Positions 48,288-57,879 of a DNA stretch of 64,000 nucleotides are shown one piece after another; within the stretch, counting starts at the first letter, position 1; the number at the start of each line of letters is the position of its first letter. Both the position numbers and the translations under genes were made by a program. The notes under the pieces were generated by a model. That model was not told where the DNA came from. It saw nothing but the letters and a program-made list of their open reading frames with translations, and searched no databases. This DNA is from Candidatus Latescibacterota bacterium. GTDB lineage: Bacteria; Latescibacterota; UBA2968. The stretch is taken from positions 3,040,001-3,104,000 of the forward strand of contig OZ220741.1 in the NCBI GenBank assembly GCA_965116885.1, read 5' to 3'.

Positions 48288-49283
48288 TCACGGCACTTCA
48301 ACGTGATCGAATATTTGGCGTGCGATTTCTTCGGAGTTAATTTCCTCGGCTTCTGCCTCGTAAGTTACCAATACGCGGTGGCGCAATACGTCCAGGCCAA
48401 TGGCTTTCACATCTTCGGGAGTAACATAGCCGCGGTGGCGCAAAAACGCATGCGCTTTGGCAGCACGGGTCAGGGCGATAGACGCGCGTGGCGATCCACC
48501 AAATTCGATCAGAGCGCGCAAATTACCCAAACCGTAAGCTTCTGGATCGCGGGTTGCCAACACGAGATCGACGATATAATCTTTGATTTTATCATCCACG
48601 TAAATCTCGTCGGCTACACTCCGCGCGCGAATGAGATCGTCAGTTGTTATGACGGTCTCAATTTTTGGGGGGGCATTGCGGCTCATGCGATCGACAATGG
48701 CGCGTTCTTCCTGTTTATTGGGATATGTTACCCGTACTTTTAGCATAAAGCGATCGACCTGGGCCTCGGGTAGTGGATAGGTCCCTTCTTGTTCGATGGG
48801 ATTTTGCGTGGCCAGCACCAAAAAGGGATCGGGCATGGCAAATGTTTCGTTTCCAATGGTAACTTGACGCTCTTGCATAGCTTCGAGCATGGCACTTTGC
48901 ACTTTTGACGGTGCGCGATTGACTTCATCGGCGAGTACGAGTTGGGCAAAAATAGGCCCTTTTTGAGCCATAAATTCGCCCGTCTCCCGGTGATAGACCA
49001 TTGTGCCAATCAGGTCTGCGGGCAATAAATCGGGTGTAAACTGAATGCGTTTAAAAGATGCCTGAATCGCCTGAGCCAATGAATTGACGGCTAAAGTTTT
49101 AGCAAGACCGGGCACGCCTTCGAGCAGGACATGGCCGTTGCACAATAAGCCGATTAGCAATCGCTCAATCATGTCCTGCTGTCCGACAATGACCTTGCCG
49201 ACCTCGGATAATAATCGATCGACAAACGCGCTTTCGCGCCCAACCCGTTCATTGATTAATTGAATATCTTGTCCAACTGTCAT
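48288..49283 (-). CDS. moxR: MoxR AAA+ ATPase
   Basis: 'GVPGLAKT', 'RIQFTPDLLPAD', 'ATQNPIEQEGTYPLPEAQ'. Confidence 0.95.
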   Translation of the reverse strand: MTVGQDIQLINERVGRESAFVDRLLSEVGKVIVGQQDMIERLLIGLLCNGHVLLEGVPGLAKTLAVNSLAQAIQASFKRIQFTPDLLPADLIGTMVYHRETGEFMAQKGPIFAQLVLADEVNRAPSKVQSAMLEAMQERQVTIGNETFAMPDPFLVLATQNPIEQEGTYPLPEAQVDRFMLKVRVTYPNKQEERAIVDRMSRNAPPKIETVITTDDLIRARSVADEIYVDDKIKDYIVDLVLATRDPEAYGLGNLRALIEFGGSPRASIALTRAAKAHAFLRHRGYVTPEDVKAIGLDVLRHRVLVTYEAEAEEINSEEIARQIFDHVEVP

Positions 49284-49302
49284 TGCATCACTCTCTACTA
49301 TT

Positions 49303-49340
49303 GAATTAGGAATTAGGAATTAAAAATTAAAAATTAGGAA
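49303..49340 (+). repeat. 7-bp short tandem repeat (aattagg/aattaaa) x5
   Basis: gaattaggaattaggaattaaaaattaaaaattaggaa. Confidence 0.8.
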
Positions 49341-49381
49341 GCGGTGTACCTGTTTGCCTCCTGCTTGTGCGTGTCCCGCCC

Positions 49382-49870
49382 TCACTCCTCAATGGCATTT
49401 ATTGGTTTGGTACGCAACCACTGATCGGGCACTTTGCCCAAATTTTCTATTGAAAACTTGGCATCATCCACTAACTCAGAGTTTGGATAGGTATCAATCA
49501 CCTGTTGATAGGCTACCCGCGCTTGTTCGTAATCGCCGAGTTGATCGTGGATATAGCCAATCATAAACTGTGCCTGTACACAATATCGGCTCTGTGGAAA
49601 TCGCGCGATCAGGGTTTCGTATCGCGCAATGGCTTCTTTGTGCTTTTGTTGATTCATCAATACCCTTGCCAGGGCCTGTAGTGCCACCTCTGCACGAGGG
49701 TCGTCGGGAAAACGCGTCAGAAATTCCGCCAATTTGACTTCAGCCACGGGATACGACGCCATATCGTGTGTGGCCTGTTCGCCCTCTCGAAAGAGTAAAT
49801 CCGCAGATTGTTCTTGTGCCCCACAGGCGACAAATAGTGGCAAAAAGAATAAGAATCGAAATCTGTGCAT
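49382..49870 (-). CDS. TPR lipoprotein (BamD/CpoB-like)
   Basis: Lipobox 'FVAC', repeated 'RFP', 'AQFMIGY', 'YPNS'. Confidence 0.78.
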   Translation of the reverse strand: MHRFRFLFFLPLFVACGAQEQSADLLFREGEQATHDMASYPVAEVKLAEFLTRFPDDPRAEVALQALARVLMNQQKHKEAIARYETLIARFPQSRYCVQAQFMIGYIHDQLGDYEQARVAYQQVIDTYPNSELVDDAKFSIENLGKVPDQWLRTKPINAIEE

Positions 49871-49956
49871 CTTTGCCGACCTCCTTTGCTTATTTATACT
49901 TTTTCAAAACGTTTTTGCCCAATTCGAGTTCCGTTTTTTCTTTTTAGACAGTGCGA

Positions 49957-51246
49957 TCAGATTGGACGGTGTATATTAAAAAAACGTCCTATTTTCGTCA
50001 AGATTTCTGTGCGCTTGAGAAGCAAAGACAGGATGCCTACCAGTATTAATCCACCATATTCTACCCATTGGACCCATGCGGCTTCTTCCCATATACCACG
50101 GGCCTGGTATTGGATCAATATGTGATAGGATAAGACCACCAGGAGTGAGAAAGCGATCCAGGGCGGATGCCGAAAGAAAACGAGAAATGGAATTAACCAC
50201 AAGACATACCACGGATGGAGCGTGGGGGTGAGTAGAACAAAGGCCGCCGCAGTCAAATATGCGCAGCGCAACAGGGGAATCCGCTTCCAGACCAGAAACA
50301 GAACAACACTTAAAAAGACCAGGCCAATAATGCCACGCGCTATCTGTCCATTGCCGCAAAGCTGAATGAGTATATCAAATACCGCGCTGTTAAATGACCA
50401 GTGTTGTGCATAAGTACCCAGGCTACCCAAAACAGGCACGCCGGTCCACGCATAGGGCAAATATCCCAGAAGTATGACACAGGGTACCATGAGCAGAGCG
50501 GGCCAATTGGTTGGCAGCCACCCTTTCCAACGCACGAGATTCGGAAAAAAAACAAGGGGGAAGAATTTCACCAGAACAGCCCCACCCAGCGCACTTAGCG
50601 CGATGCGGTCTCGCCCTTTTAAGAATAGATACAATGCAGCCAATAAAGCGACAATGCCCAGCGATTCGAGATGTCCATTGCCAGCAATTTCCACTACGAC
50701 CAGCGGATGCCAGAAGTAAATCAAAACCCATTGTGTCCGCTGCCCAAAATGCCTGAGCAAACAGACTATAAGCCATCCCGCAATCAGGTCGGCACATGCG
50801 AGTAGCACCTTGATACCCAGTATGCCACCCGAAATGCCATATCCCACCCAGAATGCTATTTGAGCGATGGGCGGATAAATGGTCGGCAATTCGGGGTGGT
50901 TAATTTTAGGGAAAATGAGCGCGTCTCGTACATGCGCCAGTTCTTGTGCTGCAGGTGCAAACCGGTAGGGGTTGATACCCGCCCACTGTACGCGTCCATC
51001 CCATACATAGCGATAAATATCATCGGACAGCGCTGGGAAGGAAAACAAAAGGCTAAGCCGGAACACAGCGGCAGCGATCACAATAGCCGTCAATGGCATA
51101 TGTTCACAATGCCAGACTGCAATGAGATAGGCCACAGATGCAATGCCAAAAAGTACAAAAAAAACCGGCAGGCCCAATGCCGGCATCGCAGCAAAACTGC
51201 TCGTCATGACCAACCCCATCAAAAGGGGCACGATCCACCGCTGCAT
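49957..51246 (-). CDS. GT-C-fold membrane glycosyltransferase (GT87/DUF2029-like)
   Basis: 'SDDIYRYVWDG', 'TIYPP', 'GHLE', 'HPWY'. Confidence 0.85.
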   Translation of the reverse strand: MQRWIVPLLMGLVMTSSFAAMPALGLPVFFVLFGIASVAYLIAVWHCEHMPLTAIVIAAAVFRLSLLFSFPALSDDIYRYVWDGRVQWAGINPYRFAPAAQELAHVRDALIFPKINHPELPTIYPPIAQIAFWVGYGISGGILGIKVLLACADLIAGWLIVCLLRHFGQRTQWVLIYFWHPLVVVEIAGNGHLESLGIVALLAALYLFLKGRDRIALSALGGAVLVKFFPLVFFPNLVRWKGWLPTNWPALLMVPCVILLGYLPYAWTGVPVLGSLGTYAQHWSFNSAVFDILIQLCGNGQIARGIIGLVFLSVVLFLVWKRIPLLRCAYLTAAAFVLLTPTLHPWYVLWLIPFLVFFRHPPWIAFSLLVVLSYHILIQYQARGIWEEAAWVQWVEYGGLILVGILSLLLKRTEILTKIGRFFNIHRPI

Positions 51247-51257
51247 AAGTATCTCTC

Positions 51258-51372
51258 GACGAATAGACGAATAGACGAATGGACGAATGGAAATACATAC
51301 TGATTTTGGGAGGATGGGCGGGGTCCGTTGATGAACTGCTGACGCAGTTGTACCCCGTTCCGTCTATTCGTT
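51258..51372. repeat. cassette: 8-bp tandem repeat (gacgaatR x4), GTAC-hairpin copy 2, inverted unit tctattcgt
   Basis: Visible directly between the DAC stop and the glycosyltransferase start. Confidence 0.7.
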
Positions 51373-52279
51373 ACCGCTGGTCTTGTCCAATGTGCCACCG
51401 GTGTGTGTTGATTTGCAAAACGATTTTGCCCTGTTTAAATACTCGAACCGTTCCGGTTGACTCAGAAATAGCCAGGGCGATGGCCCGGGTGGTTTTGGTA
51501 ATCGCCGCCGCCGCCACATGCCGTGCGCCCAACCCCTTGGGCAAGGTGAGACCGCGTGCACTCGCTGAAATATAGCGCCCTCCAGATAGGATAACCCCAT
51601 CTTCCCGAATGATAAATGCACCATCCATTAGCGATACTTCTTTGACACCTTCGTGAACATCGGGATTGCAGATATTTTTTTCTTTATCGGAATATCCACG
51701 AAAAGGATCAAATGTCATGGACCGCGAATGGTGCAAAACCCGCTTGGAATCGCCTATGACAAATAAGGTGCCAACCGGTTCGCCTTCGCGACCTTCCTTA
51801 CCAATATCGATGGAAAGATCGAGCGTGGTTTTGACAACTTTGAGTGGTAGATCGCCTGCTATGGCTGAGATTTTTGCCGAATCGTATATATCAAACCCAA
51901 TACTGGTATCCATCATCGTTATCGCATCCACACCCCGAGAAGCCAGCATATGACTCAGGCATACCAGTCGCGTATCTCGGCGAATATACCCATTCTCCAT
52001 GCCTCTGATAACGCATTGTCGCAACTGTTCGAAGTGCGTGTCATTGCCCAGGCGATAATCATAAGTCAAACGCTGTACACCCTTCTCTTCAACACCTTTC
52101 AAAAAGTGTTTTTCCCGCGTAACAATCAGGACCTGGCAGGTGGTGTTCAACTTGAGTACATCAGTGTGGCTCACGTCGGAATCGGCCACGAGCAGGATCA
52201 TATCGGCGCAGGTTTCCCGAGCCAAATTTTTGGCGGTACTCAGCAAGGACTGCGTGTGGTTTTTGTGGGAGTTAGCCAT
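51371..52279 (-). CDS. diadenylate cyclase, DacZ/CdaZ-like (N-terminal alpha/beta domain + DisA_N)
   Basis: 'EGREGEPVGTLF', 'MDGAF', 'GLGARHVAAAAIT', 'SESTG'. Confidence 0.85.
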   Translation of the reverse strand: MANSHKNHTQSLLSTAKNLARETCADMILLVADSDVSHTDVLKLNTTCQVLIVTREKHFLKGVEEKGVQRLTYDYRLGNDTHFEQLRQCVIRGMENGYIRRDTRLVCLSHMLASRGVDAITMMDTSIGFDIYDSAKISAIAGDLPLKVVKTTLDLSIDIGKEGREGEPVGTLFVIGDSKRVLHHSRSMTFDPFRGYSDKEKNICNPDVHEGVKEVSLMDGAFIIREDGVILSGGRYISASARGLTLPKGLGARHVAAAAITKTTRAIALAISESTGTVRVFKQGKIVLQINTHRWHIGQDQR

Positions 52280-52338
52280 AAAACGCTTTTGTGAGAAGGT
52301 TATTCTGGCCTTGTGAACATGTCCAAAACAACTATTTA

Positions 52339-52962
52339 CTACCGCCGGGATGAGAAGCGTCGCCGCCGCCCATAAGTTACATTCTCTCGTTCCTGGGATA
52401 TGTTATGTGATGTTATGCCCCCTCCCCGTTCTAAATCCAAAAATTCCCCAGGAATATGTTTGGTCAATACGGTTGGGCCACAATCGTAGAAATGCACGCC
52501 ACTCTGATGGGCGCGTGTCGCAGCAATGCGTATGACAGCCCCTCGGCGTCCGGGTCTGGCGCTTAACCTCGCGGCGACATCGGCATCAAACGACAAATGT
52601 ACATAATCGCGATCATCTGGTGCCAAGCCTTCGGATAATAATCGCTCAGCATCGGCAGAATCTACTCCTTTATACAGAAATTCGGGGGGTTCTGACGGGT
52701 CGAGACCCAGATCAATGGAAAAACTGTGTCCATAACGCGCTCGAATGCGGTTTTCCACAATCTCGAAACGTTGCTTTTCTCCATCATAAACCACTTTTTC
52801 AATATCTTCAAGAGTAAATGTCGAATTTCGGTCTTGAAATGCACTTAAAACCGCATCGAGGTCGGCAAAACCATAGCGATCAACTTGTAGTCCAAACTCA
52901 TCGGGCCTGTGTCGCAACATCAATGACAACAATTTGGAAATGTGTACAATTCTCGGTGCCAT
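52339..52962 (-). CDS. kptA: RNA 2'-phosphotransferase (KptA/Tpt1 family)
   Basis: 'SKLLSLMLRH', 'KQRF', 'IRARYGHS', 'RDYVHLS'. Confidence 0.88.
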   Translation of the reverse strand: MAPRIVHISKLLSLMLRHRPDEFGLQVDRYGFADLDAVLSAFQDRNSTFTLEDIEKVVYDGEKQRFEIVENRIRARYGHSFSIDLGLDPSEPPEFLYKGVDSADAERLLSEGLAPDDRDYVHLSFDADVAARLSARPGRRGAVIRIAATRAHQSGVHFYDCGPTVLTKHIPGEFLDLERGGGITSHNISQERENVTYGRRRRFSSRR

Positions 52963-52986
52963 GCGCTTTCTCCGTAATAATAATCT

Positions 52987-54354
52987 CTATGAAAACACCA
53001 CATCTTGCGCGGCATCCACATCCTGAACGCCAATCAACGACAGGCCATCGGGAATGCGCGCGCCACTCAAATTTGCTTTGGCGGCAATACACCGCGTGAA
53101 GCCCAGTTTGCGCGCTTCGGTCATTCTGCGTTCAATTTGACCAACCGCACGCACTTCTCCACCCAACCCAACTTCGCCAATTACAACCGTATCGCGGTAC
53201 ATCTGTCTGCTGCGAAAGCTCGACGCCATAGCCATAGCTACACCCAGATCGACAGCGGGTTCGTCGATACGCAAGCCCCCTGCGACATTTAAGAAAATAT
53301 CTTCAGTTCCCAATTGCAGGCCCGACCGTTTTTCGAGCACGGCAATTAAAATCGCCATTCGCCGGGCATCAAATCCCGTGGCCACGCGCTGCGGGTATCC
53401 GAAATTGCTGCGGCTGACCAGTGCTTGCACTTCGACCAAAATGGGACGTGTACCTTCAATTGTGCAAACAATGGCTGTGCCTTCGCGCTCGGCCTCGCGC
53501 TCGGGCAAGAATACCTGTGAGGGATTATCCACTTCGACCATTCCCCGATCACACATTTCAAAAATGCCAATTTCATTTGTCGATCCAAACCGGTTCTTGG
53601 CCGCCCGCAAAATGCGAAACGCACCGTGTTGTTCGCCCTCCAGATAAAGTACGGTATCGACGATGTGCTCGAGCACGCGCGGCCCTGCAACGGTGCCTTC
53701 TTTGGTGACATGTCCGATTAAAAAAATCGATGTGCCCGTGCGTTTGCCCAGTGCGACCAGTCTTGCAGAAGATTCTCTGACCTGTGCCACACTTCCCGGC
53801 GCGCTTTGTAGATCTGGGCTAAAAATGGTCTGCACCGAATCGACGACAACTGCGATGGGCTGCATTTCTTCGATGTAGCCGCAAATCAGATCGAGATTGG
53901 ATTCAGAAATCAAGTACAATTCATCGGATAACGCGCCGATTCTTTGGGCGCGCATCCGCGTTTGGCGAGGGGATTCTTCTGCGGATACGTACAGTGCCTT
54001 CATACCCGAAAATGCGAGTTGTGCGACCCCTTGCAACAGCAATGTGGATTTGCCAATGCCGGGATCGCCGCCAACAAGCGCAGCCATGCCGGGCACTATG
54101 CCGCCACCCAATGTGCGGTCAAATTCGCCGATGGCTGTTTCAATGCGGTCTTCTCTGCCCCCCACCACTTCCGTAATCGGTTGCGGCGGATTTGCTTTGA
54201 CCCATTCGTCCGCGCGTCTGTTTTGTTTTTCCTCGGGCGATGCCTGTTCTTCGACACAGGTGTTCCATTCTCCACAGGATACGCACCGACCAAACCACCG
54301 TCCCGAATCAGCACCGCATTGCTGACATACATACCGCACGCGCACTTTGCCCAT
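52987..54354 (-). CDS. radA: DNA repair protein RadA/Sms
   Basis: CxxC Zn finger, 'GDPGIGKST', 'KNRFG', Lon-like C-terminus. Confidence 0.97.
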   Translation of the reverse strand: MGKVRVRYVCQQCGADSGRWFGRCVSCGEWNTCVEEQASPEEKQNRRADEWVKANPPQPITEVVGGREDRIETAIGEFDRTLGGGIVPGMAALVGGDPGIGKSTLLLQGVAQLAFSGMKALYVSAEESPRQTRMRAQRIGALSDELYLISESNLDLICGYIEEMQPIAVVVDSVQTIFSPDLQSAPGSVAQVRESSARLVALGKRTGTSIFLIGHVTKEGTVAGPRVLEHIVDTVLYLEGEQHGAFRILRAAKNRFGSTNEIGIFEMCDRGMVEVDNPSQVFLPEREAEREGTAIVCTIEGTRPILVEVQALVSRSNFGYPQRVATGFDARRMAILIAVLEKRSGLQLGTEDIFLNVAGGLRIDEPAVDLGVAMAMASSFRSRQMYRDTVVIGEVGLGGEVRAVGQIERRMTEARKLGFTRCIAAKANLSGARIPDGLSLIGVQDVDAAQDVVFS

Positions 54355-54366
54355 GGGCTATATTCC

Positions 54367-55740
54367 TCAGGGAAAATCGCGATAGATTTCGGGCTCTTCA
54401 AAGCGGAGGAACTCTGCCTGAAAGACTAAAAAAACGCTGCCAATCGGCCCGCTGCGCTGCTTGCCCAAAATGATCTCGGCTCTGCCTTCTTGCGTATTGC
54501 CCTCTTCATCTACAATGCCATATACTTCGGGGCGAAAGAGAAACATCACCACATCCGCGTCCTGTTCCAGCGAACCACTCTCACGCAAATCAGCCAATTG
54601 TGGTCGTTTATCCGTGCGACTTTCCACAGCCCGCGATAGTTGTGCGCAGGCAACGATCGGAATATCGAGTTCTTTGGCGAGAGCTTTCAAAGACCGCGAA
54701 ATATAGGCGATTTCTTGTTCGCGGCTGCCAAAATTTTCAGATGCGGTCATCAGTTGTAGATAATCGACAATGATTAACTCAATATTGTATTCGGATTTTG
54801 CGCGTCGCGCTTTGGCACGCAGTTCCATGACGGAAATAGCAGGTGTGTCATCGATGTATATGGGGGCTTCAATGAGCTTTCCCGTCCACTCGGATAATCG
54901 TTGCCATTCCTCTTCTGATAGCCTGCCCGTTCGCAAACGGTGCGAACTCACGCGCGCTTCTGCACACAAAAGTCGCTGTGCGAGTTGCTCTGTTGACATT
55001 TCCAGAGAAAAATACAGCACGGGTGTACTGCCCTTCACGGCGGCATTGCGCGCCATGCACAATGTGAGTGCTGTTTTGCCCATCGATGGACGCGATGCGA
55101 GGATGATCATGTCCGAAGACTGCAAGCCTGCTGTGATTTCATCCAGGTCCGTATATCCCGTGGTCACGCCAGTCAGCGCGCCGGGCTGTTCGTGCGCGCG
55201 CTCAATCGCTACATAAGCCTCTTCAATTGCGGATGCAAGGGACATGACGCCTTTGCCCAATTCACCTTCGGCAATTTGAAAGACCCGTTGTTCGGCACGG
55301 TCGATGAGTTCGCGCACATCCTCGGTTTCTTCATAGCTTTCGGTAAGCGTTTGGGTCGCTGCGGATATCAACCGCCGCCTCTGCGCCTTCTCCAGAACGA
55401 TCTGCGCGTGGTATTCGGCATTGGCCGCCGTCGCCATTTCACTGGCCAGTTCGGCAATTAAAACCGCACCGCCGATATCTTCGAGTTGTCCTCGCCGCAA
55501 GAGTTCTGCAGTGAGTGTGACCTGATCGACGGGCTCGCCGCGCTCAGATAATTTTTGAATTGCCGCATAGATTTTTCGATGCGGTGTATGATAAAAAGCC
55601 GTTTCATCCCCCAATACTTCTACCACGCGATTGATTGCCATATTGTCAATCAACATGGCGCCCAATACAGCGCGTTCGACTTCGAGTGCCTGGGGTAGCG
55701 CGCGTTCAACCGTGTTTGATGCCGGATTTTGGGCAGCCAT
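54367..55740 (-). CDS. dnaB: replicative DNA helicase
   Basis: 'SRPSMGKT', 'FSLEM', 'DYLQLM', 'DLRESGSLEQDAD'. Confidence 0.97.
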   Translation of the reverse strand: MAAQNPASNTVERALPQALEVERAVLGAMLIDNMAINRVVEVLGDETAFYHTPHRKIYAAIQKLSERGEPVDQVTLTAELLRRGQLEDIGGAVLIAELASEMATAANAEYHAQIVLEKAQRRRLISAATQTLTESYEETEDVRELIDRAEQRVFQIAEGELGKGVMSLASAIEEAYVAIERAHEQPGALTGVTTGYTDLDEITAGLQSSDMIILASRPSMGKTALTLCMARNAAVKGSTPVLYFSLEMSTEQLAQRLLCAEARVSSHRLRTGRLSEEEWQRLSEWTGKLIEAPIYIDDTPAISVMELRAKARRAKSEYNIELIIVDYLQLMTASENFGSREQEIAYISRSLKALAKELDIPIVACAQLSRAVESRTDKRPQLADLRESGSLEQDADVVMFLFRPEVYGIVDEEGNTQEGRAEIILGKQRSGPIGSVFLVFQAEFLRFEEPEIYRDFP

Positions 55741-56411
55741 CAGATTTTAGTTCCATCGTAAAGTTTGCGAACGAGTTTCAAGTCTTCCCAGGCAGGGCGC
55801 TTCCAGTGTGCATTTCGCAACAGGGCAGCAGGGTGATATGTGGGGACTAATTTCGCGCCCTGGTATTCAAAAACTTTTCCCCTCAAACGCCCCATCGACT
55901 CGGTGGTTTGCAACAGGGTTTGCGCGGCAAAACGTCCCAAAGTACAGATTACAACCGGCGCAATCAAATCAATTTGTTGTAGTAGATAAGGCTGACATTC
56001 GGCAATTTCATCGGGTTTGGGATCCCGGTTATTGGGGGGTCTGCATTTGATAATGTTGGCGATATAGACGTCTTCGCGCGTCAAACCCATGGCTTCGATC
56101 ATGCGCGTCAACAGTTCTCCAGCAGCCCCTACAAAAGGCAACCCCCGCCGGTCTTCTTCCGCACCGGGTGCTTCACCGACAAACATGAGGTCTGCATTAG
56201 TTTTTCCGCTTCCAAACACGACTGAGGTGCGCGTTTGCGCCAGTCCACATTTTTGACAGTTGGAAACCTCTTGACCCAAAATAGTCAGGGAATCAGCGTC
56301 TGATTTCCGATCATCCATCCGCGCCACCGAGACGGGGGCATAAGCGATTTCTCGCGATAGAAAATCGCGTGCAAGCGCGAGGGTTTCCAACAGGTCGGGG
56401 GATTCATTCAT
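55740..56411 (-). CDS. uracil-DNA glycosylase family 4
   Basis: 'CQKC', 'GEAPG', 'KCRPP', 'YHPAALL'. Confidence 0.93.
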   Translation of the reverse strand: MNESPDLLETLALARDFLSREIAYAPVSVARMDDRKSDADSLTILGQEVSNCQKCGLAQTRTSVVFGSGKTNADLMFVGEAPGAEEDRRGLPFVGAAGELLTRMIEAMGLTREDVYIANIIKCRPPNNRDPKPDEIAECQPYLLQQIDLIAPVVICTLGRFAAQTLLQTTESMGRLRGKVFEYQGAKLVPTYHPAALLRNAHWKRPAWEDLKLVRKLYDGTKI

Positions 56412-57609
56412 GCGCGTTCTCCCAACGCGACACCAGCCAATCCAAAATGCGATCTGCCACATCGCGTTTGGACATCAAGGGCAATGCGACAGGTTCTCGA
56501 TGGGGTTCTATAAAAGTCACGACATTGGTATCGACGCCAAACCCCGCACCTTCCACATTCAATTCGTTTAACACAATCAGGTCAAGGTTTTTCTCGTGGC
56601 GTTTTTTGTGGGCATTCTCCAGCGCGTGATCGGTTTCCATCGCAAAACCGATTACGACTCGCTCACCCTTGTTTTGTCCCAGGGGAATTAAAAAATCTTC
56701 GTTGGGCAGAAGGTGAAGCGAAAGACCGCCATCGCGTTTTTTTATTTTTGATTCGGACACATGTTCGGGGCGAAAATCGAGTACGGCTGCGGTCATAATT
56801 AGTGCGTCGGCATGCTGATATGCGCGGACGGTCGCTGCTTTCAAATCGGCAACTGTGCGGATAGATTCGACCTGTACACCGGCGGGGGCGGTGAGTTCCG
56901 TCGGTCCACTGATCAACGTGACATCAGCCCCTCGGCGGTGCGCTTGTTCGGCAATAGCATAGCCCATTTTACCCGTTGAGCGATTGGTAATAAAACGCAC
57001 GGGATCAATGGGTTGCTCTGTCCTGCCCGCTGTCACTACAATGCGTTTCCCGGCAAGTGATTGTGTCGCGCCTATCATACTACTGGCTTCATCCACAATC
57101 TCATGGGGTTCGGCCATGCGTCCCATTCCCTCGGCACCGGAGGCGAGCAATCCCGTCCCCGGCCCAACCATCCGATAGCCGTCTTTTTTTAAGAACTCGA
57201 TATTTTGTCTTACAGCACCGCGTTCCCACATTTGGGTTTCCATTGCCGGGGCGAGTAAAACAGGTGCTTCTGCCGCCAACAACGCACAGGTCAACAGGTC
57301 GTCGGCCAACCCCTGGGCCAATTTGCCCATGCAATTTGCAGTTGCTGGCGCGACAATGATTAGATCGGCCCACTTGCCCAAATGCACGTGGATAACATCG
57401 GGGTCGCCATCCGACGGAAACAAATCCGTATAGACGCGATGGTGTGAGAGTGCTTCAAAAGTGAGGGGCTGCACAAATTTTTGTGCAGCGGGCGTCATGA
57501 CCACCCGAACCTCTGCGCCTGCATTCTGAAGAAGGCGCAATAAGAATACACTTTTATAGGCGGCAATGCCACCGCTAACGCCCAGAAGAATCCTCTTTCC
57601 CGTCAGCAT
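56404..57609 (-). CDS. coaBC: phosphopantothenoylcysteine decarboxylase/ligase
   Basis: 'GGIAAYK', 'APATAN', 'PAM', '[15 protein letters not shown]', 'GFAMET'. Confidence 0.96.
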   Translation of the reverse strand: MLTGKRILLGVSGGIAAYKSVFLLRLLQNAGAEVRVVMTPAAQKFVQPLTFEALSHHRVYTDLFPSDGDPDVIHVHLGKWADLIIVAPATANCMGKLAQGLADDLLTCALLAAEAPVLLAPAMETQMWERGAVRQNIEFLKKDGYRMVGPGTGLLASGAEGMGRMAEPHEIVDEASSMIGATQSLAGKRIVVTAGRTEQPIDPVRFITNRSTGKMGYAIAEQAHRRGADVTLISGPTELTAPAGVQVESIRTVADLKAATVRAYQHADALIMTAAVLDFRPEHVSESKIKKRDGGLSLHLLPNEDFLIPLGQNKGERVVIGFAMETDHALENAHKKRHEKNLDLIVLNELNVEGAGFGVDTNVVTFIEPHREPVALPLMSKRDVADRILDWLVSRWENAHE

Positions 57610-57802
57610 AGGTCACCTGAATTTTCTTTTCTACAATTCGGTCCAGTGCAATGGTTGTTATTTTTTCTTCACCTTCGGGCACACCCGCAACCAGCCGGGC
57701 TTTATTCAACCTTCGCGCTTCTTTTGATGCCAGCAATACAGCTTGATAGGAATTCATATCTTCTTCAACAGTTAATTCCTCAGTGAAAAATACGTTTGAC
57801 AT
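57575..57802 (-). CDS. rpoZ: RNA polymerase omega subunit
   Basis: 'NSYQAVLLASKEARRL..KITTIAL'. gmk-rpoZ-coaBC synteny. Confidence 0.8.
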   Translation of the reverse strand: MSNVFFTEELTVEEDMNSYQAVLLASKEARRLNKARLVAGVPEGEEKITTIALDRIVEKKIQVTYADGKEDSSGR

Positions 57803-57879
57803 AATGCACTCCTTATTAGAAATGGGATTCTCGTACCTCAATAACGGGACGGGAATAGGTAGGGAGCCTGGCTAGATTT

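Noticed and set aside
51258..51290. Possible CRISPR array in the repeat tracts
   Set aside because: Units are 7-8 bp and tandem, with no unique spacers and no cas genes in the window.
54367..55740. Intein in dnaB
   Set aside because: 457 aa is normal length and the helicase motifs are contiguous.
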